From the NCBI GenBank assembly GCA_020161405.1, contig JAIUOD010000003.1, positions 217,392 to 281,391 of the forward strand: DNA of 64,000 bases, given 5' to 3'. Under the pieces are notes generated by a model. It was not told the DNA's origin and ran no database searches. It worked only from the letters and a program-made list of their open reading frames with translations. The translations under genes and the position numbers were made by a program. Source of the stretch: Pseudomonadota bacterium. GTDB taxonomy: Bacteria > Pseudomonadota > Alphaproteobacteria > Caulobacterales > Aquidulcibacteraceae. This document shows, one piece after another, positions 19,024 to 28,513 of this stretch. Position 1 is the first letter of the stretch. Each line of letters opens with the position of its first letter.

Positions 19024-20178
19024 ATGCATATTACTAACAGGCGCAGCTTTAATGTTAATTCAATTGCCTTGCTATCAAGCCTTTTAGCAAGCCCTGTTTT
19101 TGCAAAAGATGTTCAATTAAGCGATGCATTACTTAAAGATATCGACAATGGAATTATGGATGCCATTACAAATGGCGCAAGCCCAAGTGTTCAAATAAGC
19201 ATTTTTAAACAGGGCCTACCAATTTACAAAAAAGCAATTGGATTTTCAAATTTAGAAAATAAAATTTCGCTTAAGCAAAATGATGTATTTCGTACAGGCT
19301 CATTAACCAAGCAATTTACCGCAGCAGCGATATTATTATTGGCGCAAAAAAAGAAATTAGATTTATCAGATAATGCGTCAAAACATCTTCCTGAATTTTC
19401 GAAACATGCGCCCTTTAGCATTTCAGAACTTTTATGGCACACAGCAGGAATTCATAGTGATGAAACTGATACTTCTATCCTTGGCAAACCAAGAAGCCAT
19501 ATTGTACTTGCAAAAGAAATAGCCACACAAAAGCAAGTCTTTGATTTTTCATCTGGTACGTCATGGCTGTATAGCAATGCAAATTATATAATTTTAGGTG
19601 CTATTATCGAAAAAATCATGGGCGTATCTTATGATAAAGCGATTAATATGCTTATAATTAAGCCGCTTAAGTTAAATAATACTTATGTTGAAAACGGGCA
19701 TAGTAAAAACAAAAATCTTGTAAATGGCTATACGCCATTAGAGGCAGAAACCCCAAGATTTGAAAAAGCGCAAGCAATTGAATATGCAGAAGCGGGCGCG
19801 GCGGGCGCATTAATTTCGAACACTGATGATTTGTGTAAGTGGCATCATGCATTATTTTTTGGCAATTTTTTAAACAATGAAAGCCGCAATAAAATGGTAA
19901 AAGCTGGTCTTTTGCGTGATAGTCGAATAAGTGGTGCAAATAGGTTTTCAGAACAAGATGCAAATTATGGCGATGTTCAATATGGAATGGGTTTGCTTAT
20001 TGATAAAAATTCCAATCCAGAAGAATTGATTTTCCATTATGGTTTTATAAGTGGGTTTTCTTCTTATTTAGCAAGTTTTGTAAAATCAAAGATAACAATT
20101 GCAATATTATGCAATGCAGATAATAATCCCGCTATGCCATTTAGGGCGGTTAGAAAAGCCATTTCAAAATCGCTTTAA
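19024..20178 (+). CDS. Serine hydrolase, beta-lactamase/PBP class C-like superfamily
   Basis: SLTK (SxxK), YSN, HYG motifs; N-terminal signal peptide. Start at 19024 follows GGAG. Confidence 0.88.
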   Translation: MHITNRRSFNVNSIALLSSLLASPVFAKDVQLSDALLKDIDNGIMDAITNGASPSVQISIFKQGLPIYKKAIGFSNLENKISLKQNDVFRTGSLTKQFTAAAILLLAQKKKLDLSDNASKHLPEFSKHAPFSISELLWHTAGIHSDETDTSILGKPRSHIVLAKEIATQKQVFDFSSGTSWLYSNANYIILGAIIEKIMGVSYDKAINMLIIKPLKLNNTYVENGHSKNKNLVNGYTPLEAETPRFEKAQAIEYAEAGAAGALISNTDDLCKWHHALFFGNFLNNESRNKMVKAGLLRDSRISGANRFSEQDANYGDVQYGMGLLIDKNSNPEELIFHYGFISGFSSYLASFVKSKITIAILCNADNNPAMPFRAVRKAISKSL

Positions 20179-20210
20179 TTTGGTTTAAAAAATAAAATTT
20201 GGGGGTTTTT

Positions 20211-20564
20211 ATGGCGTCAAATATCTTGGTTTTATTGGTTGCGCTTCTTCATTTATATTTCCTTATTCTCGAAATGTTTCTTTGGGATAAGCCAAAGGGC
20301 ATGAAAACCTTCGGCACAACACAAGAATATGCAAACGCAAGTAAAGCATTGGCAGCAAATCAAGGTCTTTATAATGGATTTTTAAGTGCGGGTTTGATTT
20401 GGGGATTGCTGGCAAAAAATAATAGCCATGATATAAAGATTTTCTTTTTATCATGTGTGATTGTTGCTGGCCTTTATGGCGCGAAAACCGTGAATAAAAG
20501 AATATTTTTTGTTCAAGCGCTTCCTGCAATAATTGCAATATTACTTTTGCTTTTAAAACTATAG
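20211..20564 (+). CDS. DUF1304 membrane protein
   Basis: LHLYFLILEMFLW, ANQGLYNGFL, QALPA. Confidence 0.9.
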   Translation: MASNILVLLVALLHLYFLILEMFLWDKPKGMKTFGTTQEYANASKALAANQGLYNGFLSAGLIWGLLAKNNSHDIKIFFLSCVIVAGLYGAKTVNKRIFFVQALPAIIAILLLLLKL

Positions 20565-20571
20565 GTGGCAA

Positions 20572-21411
20572 ATGGCGCAAGATTTTGATAAATTAAAAGT
20601 TAAAAGTGGCAAAGAAATTAAACTCTCAAATATTGATACCGAGGCAAAAGAATTCAAATTATCAAAAGAAGAAGCCGCGCCTATTTTAGAAAAAAATATT
20701 GAAAAATTAAAAGAGCTACAAGAAAAATTATATGCCGAGCATAAACAATCTATTTTAGTGGTTCTTCAAGCGATTGATGGCGGTGGTAAAGATGGAACAA
20801 TTGAACATGTCTTTGGCCCGTTAAATTCTGCGGGTTGCCGTGTTGCATCATTTAAAGTTCCAACACCAATAGAAGCTGACCATGATTTCCTTTGGCGCGT
20901 GCATGCGCAAACACCTGCAAAGGGCGAGATTGTTGTTTTTAACCGCAGCCATTATGAACAAGTTTTGGTGGTTCGCGTCCATGATTTAGAGACGAAAGAA
21001 ATTAATAAAACCCGATATGATCAAATCAATGATTTCGAAAAATTATTGGCGTCAAATAATACCCACATCCTTAAATTCTTTTTGCACATTTCAAAAGATA
21101 CGCAATTACAGCGCTTTAAAGACCGTATCGATGACCCTCTAAAACATTGGAAAGTTGCCGCTGGTGACTTTAAAGAGCGCGCGCTATGGGATGATTATAT
21201 GGCAGCATTCGAAGATATGGTGAATAAATGTTCGAAAGAAAATGCGCCCTGGTTTGTTATACCCGCTGATAAAAAATGGTTCCGCGATTTGGCGATTTCG
21301 CAGATTCTTGTTGACTATATGGAGGGGATGAATATTCAATTGCCACAGACAGATGAAGATATAGAAGCCATAAAAAAACTATATGAAGCCGAGTGTAAAG
21401 TTTTATCTTGA
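20572..21411 (+). CDS. ppk2: Polyphosphate kinase 2 family, class III-like
   Basis: LQAIDGGGKDGTI, SFKVP..E..HDFLWR, FNRSHYE, ADKKWFR. Confidence 0.92.
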   Translation: MAQDFDKLKVKSGKEIKLSNIDTEAKEFKLSKEEAAPILEKNIEKLKELQEKLYAEHKQSILVVLQAIDGGGKDGTIEHVFGPLNSAGCRVASFKVPTPIEADHDFLWRVHAQTPAKGEIVVFNRSHYEQVLVVRVHDLETKEINKTRYDQINDFEKLLASNNTHILKFFLHISKDTQLQRFKDRIDDPLKHWKVAAGDFKERALWDDYMAAFEDMVNKCSKENAPWFVIPADKKWFRDLAISQILVDYMEGMNIQLPQTDEDIEAIKKLYEAECKVLS

Positions 21412-21529
21412 ATACAGTAATTAACTTAGTTTAATTTCTTGTATTTTTCAAAATTTTAGTTTGTAGAAATATCAAAATTATGTATATTTGATATTCGCAA
21501 CTATAATTTAATTAATATGTTTGAAAAAA

Positions 21530-23320
21530 ATGAGAAATATCCTTACTTCGCATTGGGATGATAATGCAAAATTAAGTCTTTTAAAATTTTTTGTAGAAAT
21601 AATGAGTGAGTTAACTTTTGACTATACTTTAATTTATTTCAAACCAAGCACATCAACAATATTTACTTTAGCTAATGAATGTAAAGCGGCTATTTTATTA
21701 TCAAGAAACCGGGAAGATAAAAAAAAATCTGCGTTACATCTTCTGAAGGAGCTTAGATTAAAAATATCAAAAAGCTCAGTTTTTAGCTACGTAAGTAAAA
21801 TTGAAAAATCAAATTACTTAGACGGGTTAAATTCTGTAGATAGTGATGACACTCTTAGCATGCTTAACATTCTGCTGGTGGAATTTTCACCTTTTAAAAC
21901 AATTGAAATCTGTATTCTGGTTTTAAAAAATCTTTTGTTAGATGTTACATGTAAAGAAAAGAAATTAATCTATAATTTGACATGTGAGTTAGTTTCTATG
22001 TTGTTAAGTTATGGGATGGGAAAGGCACACATTTATAAACAAATTGACAGAATTTTCAAATCACCAAAATTTGCCGTAACAATACCTAATTCATTAGATG
22101 AATTCTTTAAAGAGATTTTGCCGCTACAACATAATTTCACAATATGCTTTAGGCTAAAAACTCCCATAACTGAGAACATAGAAGAATCAAGAGAAAAACT
22201 TAGCGTTAAATTATATGATACTTTTCCCTCAGATGAATTTATAGGAGTAAATAATTATGCATTAGAAAAAAAGTCAGACGATTTACCAATGTATGCTTTG
22301 GTAGAAGATGTAAAAGCATTTGACCCCATTTCAGCGCTAAAAGAGGCGAGGAAAAAAGTAAAATTATTGCATGATGTATTTAAATTATTTCATCATAAAT
22401 CAGATTATGTGATTTCTGAAGATGCTCTAATAAAACAGTGCTGTAAAAAAGGCTCGGTTTTGATTAGACTTGATACCAAGTCTTCAAAAAACATTGCTGA
22501 TACTAGGCCAAAATTTGCTGCTAACAATTGCAGTTCGGTGCTTTCAGGTTCTCATTTGGCAGTTGGTAAAGATAAGCTTAAGTTTTTTTCAGCATTGGAA
22601 TTTCATGGGATAAGCACAAGATCTGAAGTAATTGAGAGTCAAATAACCGGTCTATGGACCGCGCTGGAATCATTTAGTCCAAAAAATATAACAGCTACTA
22701 ATATTAGCAATGTTTCAAAATGTGTGGTTCCAGTTATTGTTCTTAGTCACGTTGAAGCGATAATAAGAAATTTATATAAGGATCTAAAGTTATGGAATTC
22801 AAAAATTCTAAACTCAGCGCTTAAAAAGTTTGAAGGTCTTGATAGAGTTACTAAAAATCAAGCATTAATTAGGCTTTTAGTCGATAGTGAAGCTGGAGGT
22901 TCTCTTCAAAATTTATTAGCTGCATTAGATGGAAATGATTTATTAAGGTTTCGACTTTTTGAAATTAGTAAAATGTTTTTATCGCCAAAGAAACTAGTAT
23001 CGTTCTTAAGGGAAATAGAAGAAGCTACTAACAATGAGTTGAGACGTATTTACAGGGCGCGTAATGATTTAATTCATTCTGGATTTCATCCAATTAATAT
23101 TGAAAGTATTTATGAGATAAGCCATTACTATTTCGATGAAGTTTTCAATTTTTGTATAGAAATGTCATTTGACGGTTTTAGTCGTTTCGATGATATTTTT
23201 AAATTTGCAGAAATTCATTGTGTCGAAATGTTAAAGCAATTGTCAAATGCTGAAAGTTTTGAAAGCTATGGATATTCTAGACTTTTGTGGAAAGAGGATA
23301 TGGATTTGGATGTGTTGTGA
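21530..23320 (+). CDS. Hypothetical ~597 aa protein with a C-terminal HEPN-type R-x4-H motif
   Basis: Intact long ORF; LWTALES and ELRRIYRARNDLIHSG (RNDLIH at 23060-23077); about 27% GC in two 60-nt lines counted. Confidence 0.7.
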   Translation: MRNILTSHWDDNAKLSLLKFFVEIMSELTFDYTLIYFKPSTSTIFTLANECKAAILLSRNREDKKKSALHLLKELRLKISKSSVFSYVSKIEKSNYLDGLNSVDSDDTLSMLNILLVEFSPFKTIEICILVLKNLLLDVTCKEKKLIYNLTCELVSMLLSYGMGKAHIYKQIDRIFKSPKFAVTIPNSLDEFFKEILPLQHNFTICFRLKTPITENIEESREKLSVKLYDTFPSDEFIGVNNYALEKKSDDLPMYALVEDVKAFDPISALKEARKKVKLLHDVFKLFHHKSDYVISEDALIKQCCKKGSVLIRLDTKSSKNIADTRPKFAANNCSSVLSGSHLAVGKDKLKFFSALEFHGISTRSEVIESQITGLWTALESFSPKNITATNISNVSKCVVPVIVLSHVEAIIRNLYKDLKLWNSKILNSALKKFEGLDRVTKNQALIRLLVDSEAGGSLQNLLAALDGNDLLRFRLFEISKMFLSPKKLVSFLREIEEATNNELRRIYRARNDLIHSGFHPINIESIYEISHYYFDEVFNFCIEMSFDGFSRFDDIFKFAEIHCVEMLKQLSNAESFESYGYSRLLWKEDMDLDVL

Positions 23321-23362
23321 ATTCCTCTTGCCCAAATCGTTGCAAAAAGCTAACGCAAAGGA

Positions 23363-24301
23363 ATGTTTATTATTCAGTTTCCGGGTCAAGGCTCCCAGTC
23401 GGTGGGAATGGGCGCTTCCCTTGCGCAAGAATTTGAAGTTGCAAAACGTGTTTTTCAAGAAGTTGATGATGCTTTGGGTCAAAATCTTTCAGGCTTGATG
23501 TTTGAAGGGCCAATCGAAACCCTAACGCTTACTGAAAATGCACAACCCGCAATTATGGCGGCTTCTATTGCATTATTGAGAGTTTTTGAAGCCGAATTTG
23601 GCTTTGATTTATCAAAAGCAGAATTTGTGGCTGGTCATTCACTTGGTGAATATAGCGCATTAACGGCAGCAGGTGCTTTCAAACTTGCTGATGCCGCAAA
23701 ATTGCTTAAATTACGTGGTCAGGCAATGCAGCGCGCGACACCTGCGGGCATTGGTGCTATGGCTTCATTAATTGGACCAAAAACCGATTTGGCACTTGCG
23801 CAGGCCGCGGCCGATGAAGGTTCGAAAATTGGCGTTTGTACTGTTGCCAATGACAATAATGCCGGAAACATTGTTATTTCAGGTGAGGCGGCGGCGGTCG
23901 CAAAAGCCATAGAAAAAGCGAAAGAATTGGGCGCACGCGCAATTCCGTTAAATGTTTCTGCACCATTCCATTGCCCACTTATGGCACCTGCGGCTGAAGA
24001 AATGAAGGCTGCGTTGGAAAATGTTGAAATTCAAAATCCAATTGTAAAACTTGTACCAAATGTTTCACTTGAACCAACCCAAGATGCACAATTAATAAAA
24101 AAACTTCTTGTAGAGCAGGTGACTGGCCGTGTTCGTTGGCGCGAAACCATTGAATTCTTCGGTGCGCAAAAAATTGATACTTTCCTTGAAATTGGTGCAG
24201 GATCAGTTTTAACAGGAATGTCAAAACGTACTGCGCCAGAAGCAAAACATTTTGCGCTTTCAAGTGTTGAAGAATTCAAAAAATATCAAGAAACAATTTA
24301 A
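23363..24301 (+). CDS. fabD: Malonyl-CoA:ACP transacylase
   Basis: FPGQGSQ, GHSLGEY, LNVSAPFH. Confidence 0.98.
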   Translation: MFIIQFPGQGSQSVGMGASLAQEFEVAKRVFQEVDDALGQNLSGLMFEGPIETLTLTENAQPAIMAASIALLRVFEAEFGFDLSKAEFVAGHSLGEYSALTAAGAFKLADAAKLLKLRGQAMQRATPAGIGAMASLIGPKTDLALAQAAADEGSKIGVCTVANDNNAGNIVISGEAAAVAKAIEKAKELGARAIPLNVSAPFHCPLMAPAAEEMKAALENVEIQNPIVKLVPNVSLEPTQDAQLIKKLLVEQVTGRVRWRETIEFFGAQKIDTFLEIGAGSVLTGMSKRTAPEAKHFALSSVEEFKKYQETI

Positions 24302-24327
24302 TATTATAATTTAACGGAGTGTCCGTA

Positions 24328-25062
24328 ATGTTTGATTTAACTGGTAAAAAAGCACTTATAACTGGCGCAACTGGCGGCCTTGGAAGTCAGATTGCAAAAT
24401 CGCTTGCTGCGCAAGGCGCAATAGTTGCAATTTCAGGCACACGTGAAAATATTTTAAGCGAATTATCTAAAGAAATTCCAAATTCAATTGTTTTGACGGC
24501 AAACCTTTCAGAGGATGGCGCAGCTGAAAACCTTATTGCACGTGCCGAAGAGGCTTTGGGCGGTTTAGATATTCTTGTTGCAAATGCAGGTGTTACACGC
24601 GATGGCCTTTTGATGCGTATGAAAGAAGAAGATTTCGATACTGTTCTAAAAGTCAATCTTTATTCGTATTTTGCAATGGCAAAAGCGGCAATGCGCGGCA
24701 TGATGAAGCGTAAACATGGTCGAATCATTGGTATTTCATCCGTTGTCGGTGTTACTGGTAATGCAGGGCAGGCAAATTATGCGGCATCAAAAGCAGGTAT
24801 GATTGGTTTTACCAAATCACTAGCCCAAGAAGTTGCAACACGTGGGATTACCGCAAATTGTATTGCCCCTGGCTTTATTGTTTCGCCTATGACTGATGTT
24901 TTAAATGATGCCCAAAAACAAGGTATTTTGTCTTCAATTCCAGCTGGAAGAATGGGGCAGGCAGAAGAAATTGCGGCAGGTGTTGTTTATCTTTCTTCAG
25001 ATGAGGCGGCATATGTTACGGGTCAAACCTTGCATATTAATGGCGGCATGGCTATGATTTAA
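24328..25062 (+). CDS. fabG: 3-oxoacyl-ACP reductase
   Basis: TGATGGLG, NAGVTRD, YAASK, NGGMAMI. Confidence 0.98.
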   Translation: MFDLTGKKALITGATGGLGSQIAKSLAAQGAIVAISGTRENILSELSKEIPNSIVLTANLSEDGAAENLIARAEEALGGLDILVANAGVTRDGLLMRMKEEDFDTVLKVNLYSYFAMAKAAMRGMMKRKHGRIIGISSVVGVTGNAGQANYAASKAGMIGFTKSLAQEVATRGITANCIAPGFIVSPMTDVLNDAQKQGILSSIPAGRMGQAEEIAAGVVYLSSDEAAYVTGQTLHINGGMAMI

Positions 25063-25247
25063 AAGATTTCACCAATAAAAATGCATAATTTAGGCTTTGT
25101 AACTGATAAATATTTCGTCAAGGGCTTTAAATTTAGTTATAAAGATGACATTGGGGAAACGAGTATGATTTTCTGATTTGAAAATCACGGTTTAACAAGG
25201 ACGGGTGTTGAGTTACAAACACACCACAACAAAAGGTCGAGGGCAAT

Positions 25248-25487
25248 ATGTCTGAAGTTTTGGAAAAAGTAAAAGCAATCGTTATTGAGCATTTGGGCGT
25301 TGAAGCAGATAAAGTTGTAGAAAACGCAAACTTTATCGACGATCTTGGTGCGGACAGCCTTGATACAGTTGAACTTGTAATGGCGTTTGAAGAAGCGTTT
25401 GAAGTAGAAATTCCAGATGATGCAGCGGAAAAAATCCAAACTGTTGGTGACGCTGTGAAATTCATCTCTGAGAAAACTGGCGCGTAA
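25248..25487 (+). CDS. acpP: Acyl carrier protein
   Basis: [18 protein letters not shown]. Confidence 0.99.
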   Translation: MSEVLEKVKAIVIEHLGVEADKVVENANFIDDLGADSLDTVELVMAFEEAFEVEIPDDAAEKIQTVGDAVKFISEKTGA

Positions 25488-25504
25488 GCGAGGAAAATTC
25501 CAGA

Positions 25505-26785
25505 GTGCGTCGTGTTGTAATAACAGGTATCGGCCTCGTTACTCCTTTGGGGGTCGGGGCCGATTTCGTTTGGGGTCAGCTAATTAATGGTGTTTCGGGT
25601 TGTGGCCCTGTAACACGTTTTGATGCTTCTGACCTTGCGGTTCGCTATGCTTGCGAAGTGCCACAAGTAAACGGCCTTGGCGGCGGCGGTGCAGATATTG
25701 AGGGATCTTTTGACCCTGATCAATATATGGCACCACGCGATAGAAAACGCGTTGACGATTTCATTCTATATGGTCTTGCTGCTGCTACACAGGCGGTTGA
25801 AGATTCTGGTTGGGTTGCTCAAACTGACGAAGATAAAGAACGCACTGGCGTTATGATTGGTGCCGGTATTGGTGGCCTATCTGCGATTGCAGATACTGCG
25901 TTACAACTTGAAAAAGAAGGCCCACGCAGAATTTCACCATTCTTTGTGCCTTCTGCTTTGATAAATTTAATATCGGGCCATGTTTCTATAAAATACCAAT
26001 TTAAAGGGCCGAACCACGCGGTTGTAACCGCTTGCGCAACTGGCGCCCATGCAATTGGCGATGCATCACGAATGATTAAATATGGCGATGCAGATGTTAT
26101 GATTGCAGGCGGTGCAGAAGCTGCGGTTTGTCGCCTTGGTATGGTTGGCTTTGCTGCTGCACGTGCTTTATCTACTGGCTTTAATGATGACCCAACGCAA
26201 GCGTCACGCCCATATGACAAAGACCGCGATGGCTTTGTTTTGGGTGAGGGTGCTGGCGTTGTTGTTCTTGAAGAATATGAACATGCCAAAGCGCGTGGTG
26301 CTAAAATTTATGCCGAAGTTGTCGGTTATGGTATGTCAGGTGACGCATACCACATAACTGCACCTGCTTCTGATGGTGATGGCGGTTTCCGCGCTATGCG
26401 TAATGCATTAAAAGATGCAAATCTTACAACCAAAGACATTCAATATGTAAACTCACACGGCACGTCGACCCCATTGGGTGATGAAATTGAATTGCGTGCA
26501 ATTGAGCGTTTGTTCGGCGATGAATGTGATGGTTTGACAGTTTCATCAACAAAATCTGCAATTGGGCATTTGCTTGGCGCTGCGGGTTCTGTTGAGGCCA
26601 TTTTTAGTGTTCTAGCAATTAAAAATTCAATTGCACCGCCAACTTTAAATCTTCACAACCCAAGCATTGAAACCAAAATTGACCTTGTTCCTTTGAAAGC
26701 GAAACCAATGGAAATTAATGCCGTATTATCAAATTCATTTGGATTTGGTGGTACAAATGCTGCTTTAGTTTTCAAAAAAGTTTAG
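25505..26785 (+). CDS. fabF: Beta-ketoacyl-ACP synthase II
   Basis: GTG start; TACATG, HGTST, GHLLGAAG, NSFGFGG. Confidence 0.98.
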   Translation: MRRVVITGIGLVTPLGVGADFVWGQLINGVSGCGPVTRFDASDLAVRYACEVPQVNGLGGGGADIEGSFDPDQYMAPRDRKRVDDFILYGLAAATQAVEDSGWVAQTDEDKERTGVMIGAGIGGLSAIADTALQLEKEGPRRISPFFVPSALINLISGHVSIKYQFKGPNHAVVTACATGAHAIGDASRMIKYGDADVMIAGGAEAAVCRLGMVGFAAARALSTGFNDDPTQASRPYDKDRDGFVLGEGAGVVVLEEYEHAKARGAKIYAEVVGYGMSGDAYHITAPASDGDGGFRAMRNALKDANLTTKDIQYVNSHGTSTPLGDEIELRAIERLFGDECDGLTVSSTKSAIGHLLGAAGSVEAIFSVLAIKNSIAPPTLNLHNPSIETKIDLVPLKAKPMEINAVLSNSFGFGGTNAALVFKKV

Positions 26786-26792
26786 GTTGAAA

Positions 26793-27863
26793 ATGGCTGA
26801 CGCTGCCAAGGAATTTAGGGAAAAGAAAAACGCAAAAAAGCGCGAAAAATATCAATTGCTTGAAAGATTCGGCATTGGTGTTGGCGCTTTTCTTGCGCTT
26901 TTATGTGTGATTTTGGTTGGCTGGCTTTTCTTTGGTGCAGGCCCAAAGGCACAGCATGGAAAGCAAACAATATTCTATGTTGAAAATGGAAAAGGCGCGG
27001 GAAGTATTGCGTCTAAATTGGGTAAGGAACATCTTATCCGTTCCCCTTTTGCATTTCGTGTTTTAACTATTCTTACTGGTGCGGGCAAAAATATTAAACC
27101 CGGCGAATATGAAATTCCATCACGCGCAACACCGCTTAAAATTTTAAATATTATCGCACATGGTGACATAATCAATCGTAAAGTAACAATGCCTGAAGGC
27201 TTCACTGTTGCTATGACTTATGAACGCCTTAAGCAAAATGAAAATTTAAGCGGCGAATTACCGCCAATGCCGCCTGAAGGTTATATGGCGCCTGATACAT
27301 ATCAAATCAAACGTGGTGATACACGCGAAATGATTGTCAAGCAAATGGTAAATGAGCAATCAAAAATCATTGATGAATTATGGCTTTCGCGGGCCGCCAA
27401 TTCGCCTTTAAAAAGCAAAGAAGAAGCGGTTATTTTGGCATCAATAGTTGAAAAAGAAACCGCCCTTGCCGAGGAGCGTCCGATTGTTGCCGCTGTATTC
27501 CTTAATCGCCTTCGTGAAGGCATGAGATTACAATCTGACCCAACAATTATATATGGAATTACCAAAGGTCTTCCACTTGGTCGTAAAATTCTTAAAAGTG
27601 AAATTGAGGCCAAAACACCATGGAATACTTATGCTATTGAAGGCCTACCAAAAACGGCAATTTGTAATCCTGGCAAAGAGGCAATCAAAGCGGTTCTAAA
27701 CCCTGCAAATAGCAAGGCAATATTCTTTGTTGCAGATGGTAGCGGCGGGCACGTGTTTGCTAATACTTATGAAGAGCATGAAAAAAATGTTGCTAAATGG
27801 CGTCAATTTAGGGCACAGCAAGAAGAAAAAGAACAAGAATTGCAATTAAGGGGCGCACAATAA
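26793..27863 (+). CDS. mltG: Endolytic transglycosylase MltG
   Basis: One TM; ASIVEKET, LQSDPT, SPWN-like TPWNTY..GLP..AICNPG. Confidence 0.96.
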   Translation: MADAAKEFREKKNAKKREKYQLLERFGIGVGAFLALLCVILVGWLFFGAGPKAQHGKQTIFYVENGKGAGSIASKLGKEHLIRSPFAFRVLTILTGAGKNIKPGEYEIPSRATPLKILNIIAHGDIINRKVTMPEGFTVAMTYERLKQNENLSGELPPMPPEGYMAPDTYQIKRGDTREMIVKQMVNEQSKIIDELWLSRAANSPLKSKEEAVILASIVEKETALAEERPIVAAVFLNRLREGMRLQSDPTIIYGITKGLPLGRKILKSEIEAKTPWNTYAIEGLPKTAICNPGKEAIKAVLNPANSKAIFFVADGSGGHVFANTYEEHEKNVAKWRQFRAQQEEKEQELQLRGAQ

Positions 27864-28513
27864 TGCTTAGCAATGATGATATTATAAAACGCCGCCGTGG
27901 TTTGATGTTGGTACTTTCAAGCCCATCTGGCGCAGGAAAAACCACTTTATCGCGCCGTCTTGTTGAAGAAGATGGTGGAATATCACTATCAATTTCGTGG
28001 ACAACACGCCAAAAACGTGAAGGCGAAGAAGATAGCGAACATTATGTATTCGTTTCTAAAGATGATTTTAGAAAAATGCGCGCCCAAGATGGCTTCCTTG
28101 AATGGGCAGAGGTTCATGACAATTATTATGGATCACCGCGTGAGCCAATTATGTCATCGCTTGCGAATGGTCGCGATGTAATGTTTGATATTGATTGGCA
28201 AGGTGCGCAACAATTAAGCCTTGCGGCGCCTTCGGATGTTGTCAAAGTATTTATTTTGCCGCCTTCAATGGCTGAATTAAAAAATCGCCTTATCGGGCGC
28301 GGTCAAGATAGTGATGCAATAATTAAAAAGCGTATGACAAATGCTTATGGTGAAATTGCGCGCGCCGATACTTATGATTATGTTTTGGTGAATGAAGATC
28401 TTGAATGGACTTATGAAAAATTAAAATCCATTATAATTGCAGAACGTATGCGCCGTTATCGTCAACCTTGGATTGGTGGATTTATTCAAAATCTTTTACG
28501 TGAAGACGTTTAA
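27863..28513 (+). CDS. gmk: Guanylate kinase
   Basis: SSPSGAGKT, EWAEVHDNYYG, DIDWQG. Confidence 0.98.
   Translation: MLSNDDIIKRRRGLMLVLSSPSGAGKTTLSRRLVEEDGGISLSISWTTRQKREGEEDSEHYVFVSKDDFRKMRAQDGFLEWAEVHDNYYGSPREPIMSSLANGRDVMFDIDWQGAQQLSLAAPSDVVKVFILPPSMAELKNRLIGRGQDSDAIIKKRMTNAYGEIARADTYDYVLVNEDLEWTYEKLKSIIIAERMRRYRQPWIGGFIQNLLREDV

Noticed and set aside
19024-20178. Beta-lactam resistance gene
   Set aside because: The SxxK/YxN motifs are shared by many esterases and peptidases; nothing specific to AmpC.
21421-21434. CtrA-like TTAA pair upstream of the HEPN-motif gene
   Set aside because: The spacer is 6 nt, not 7, in very AT-rich DNA.
21412-23362. Attachment sites, inverted repeats or target duplication around the HEPN-motif gene
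   Set aside because: No matching repeat seen by eye on the two flanks, and no recombinase; not called a mobile element.
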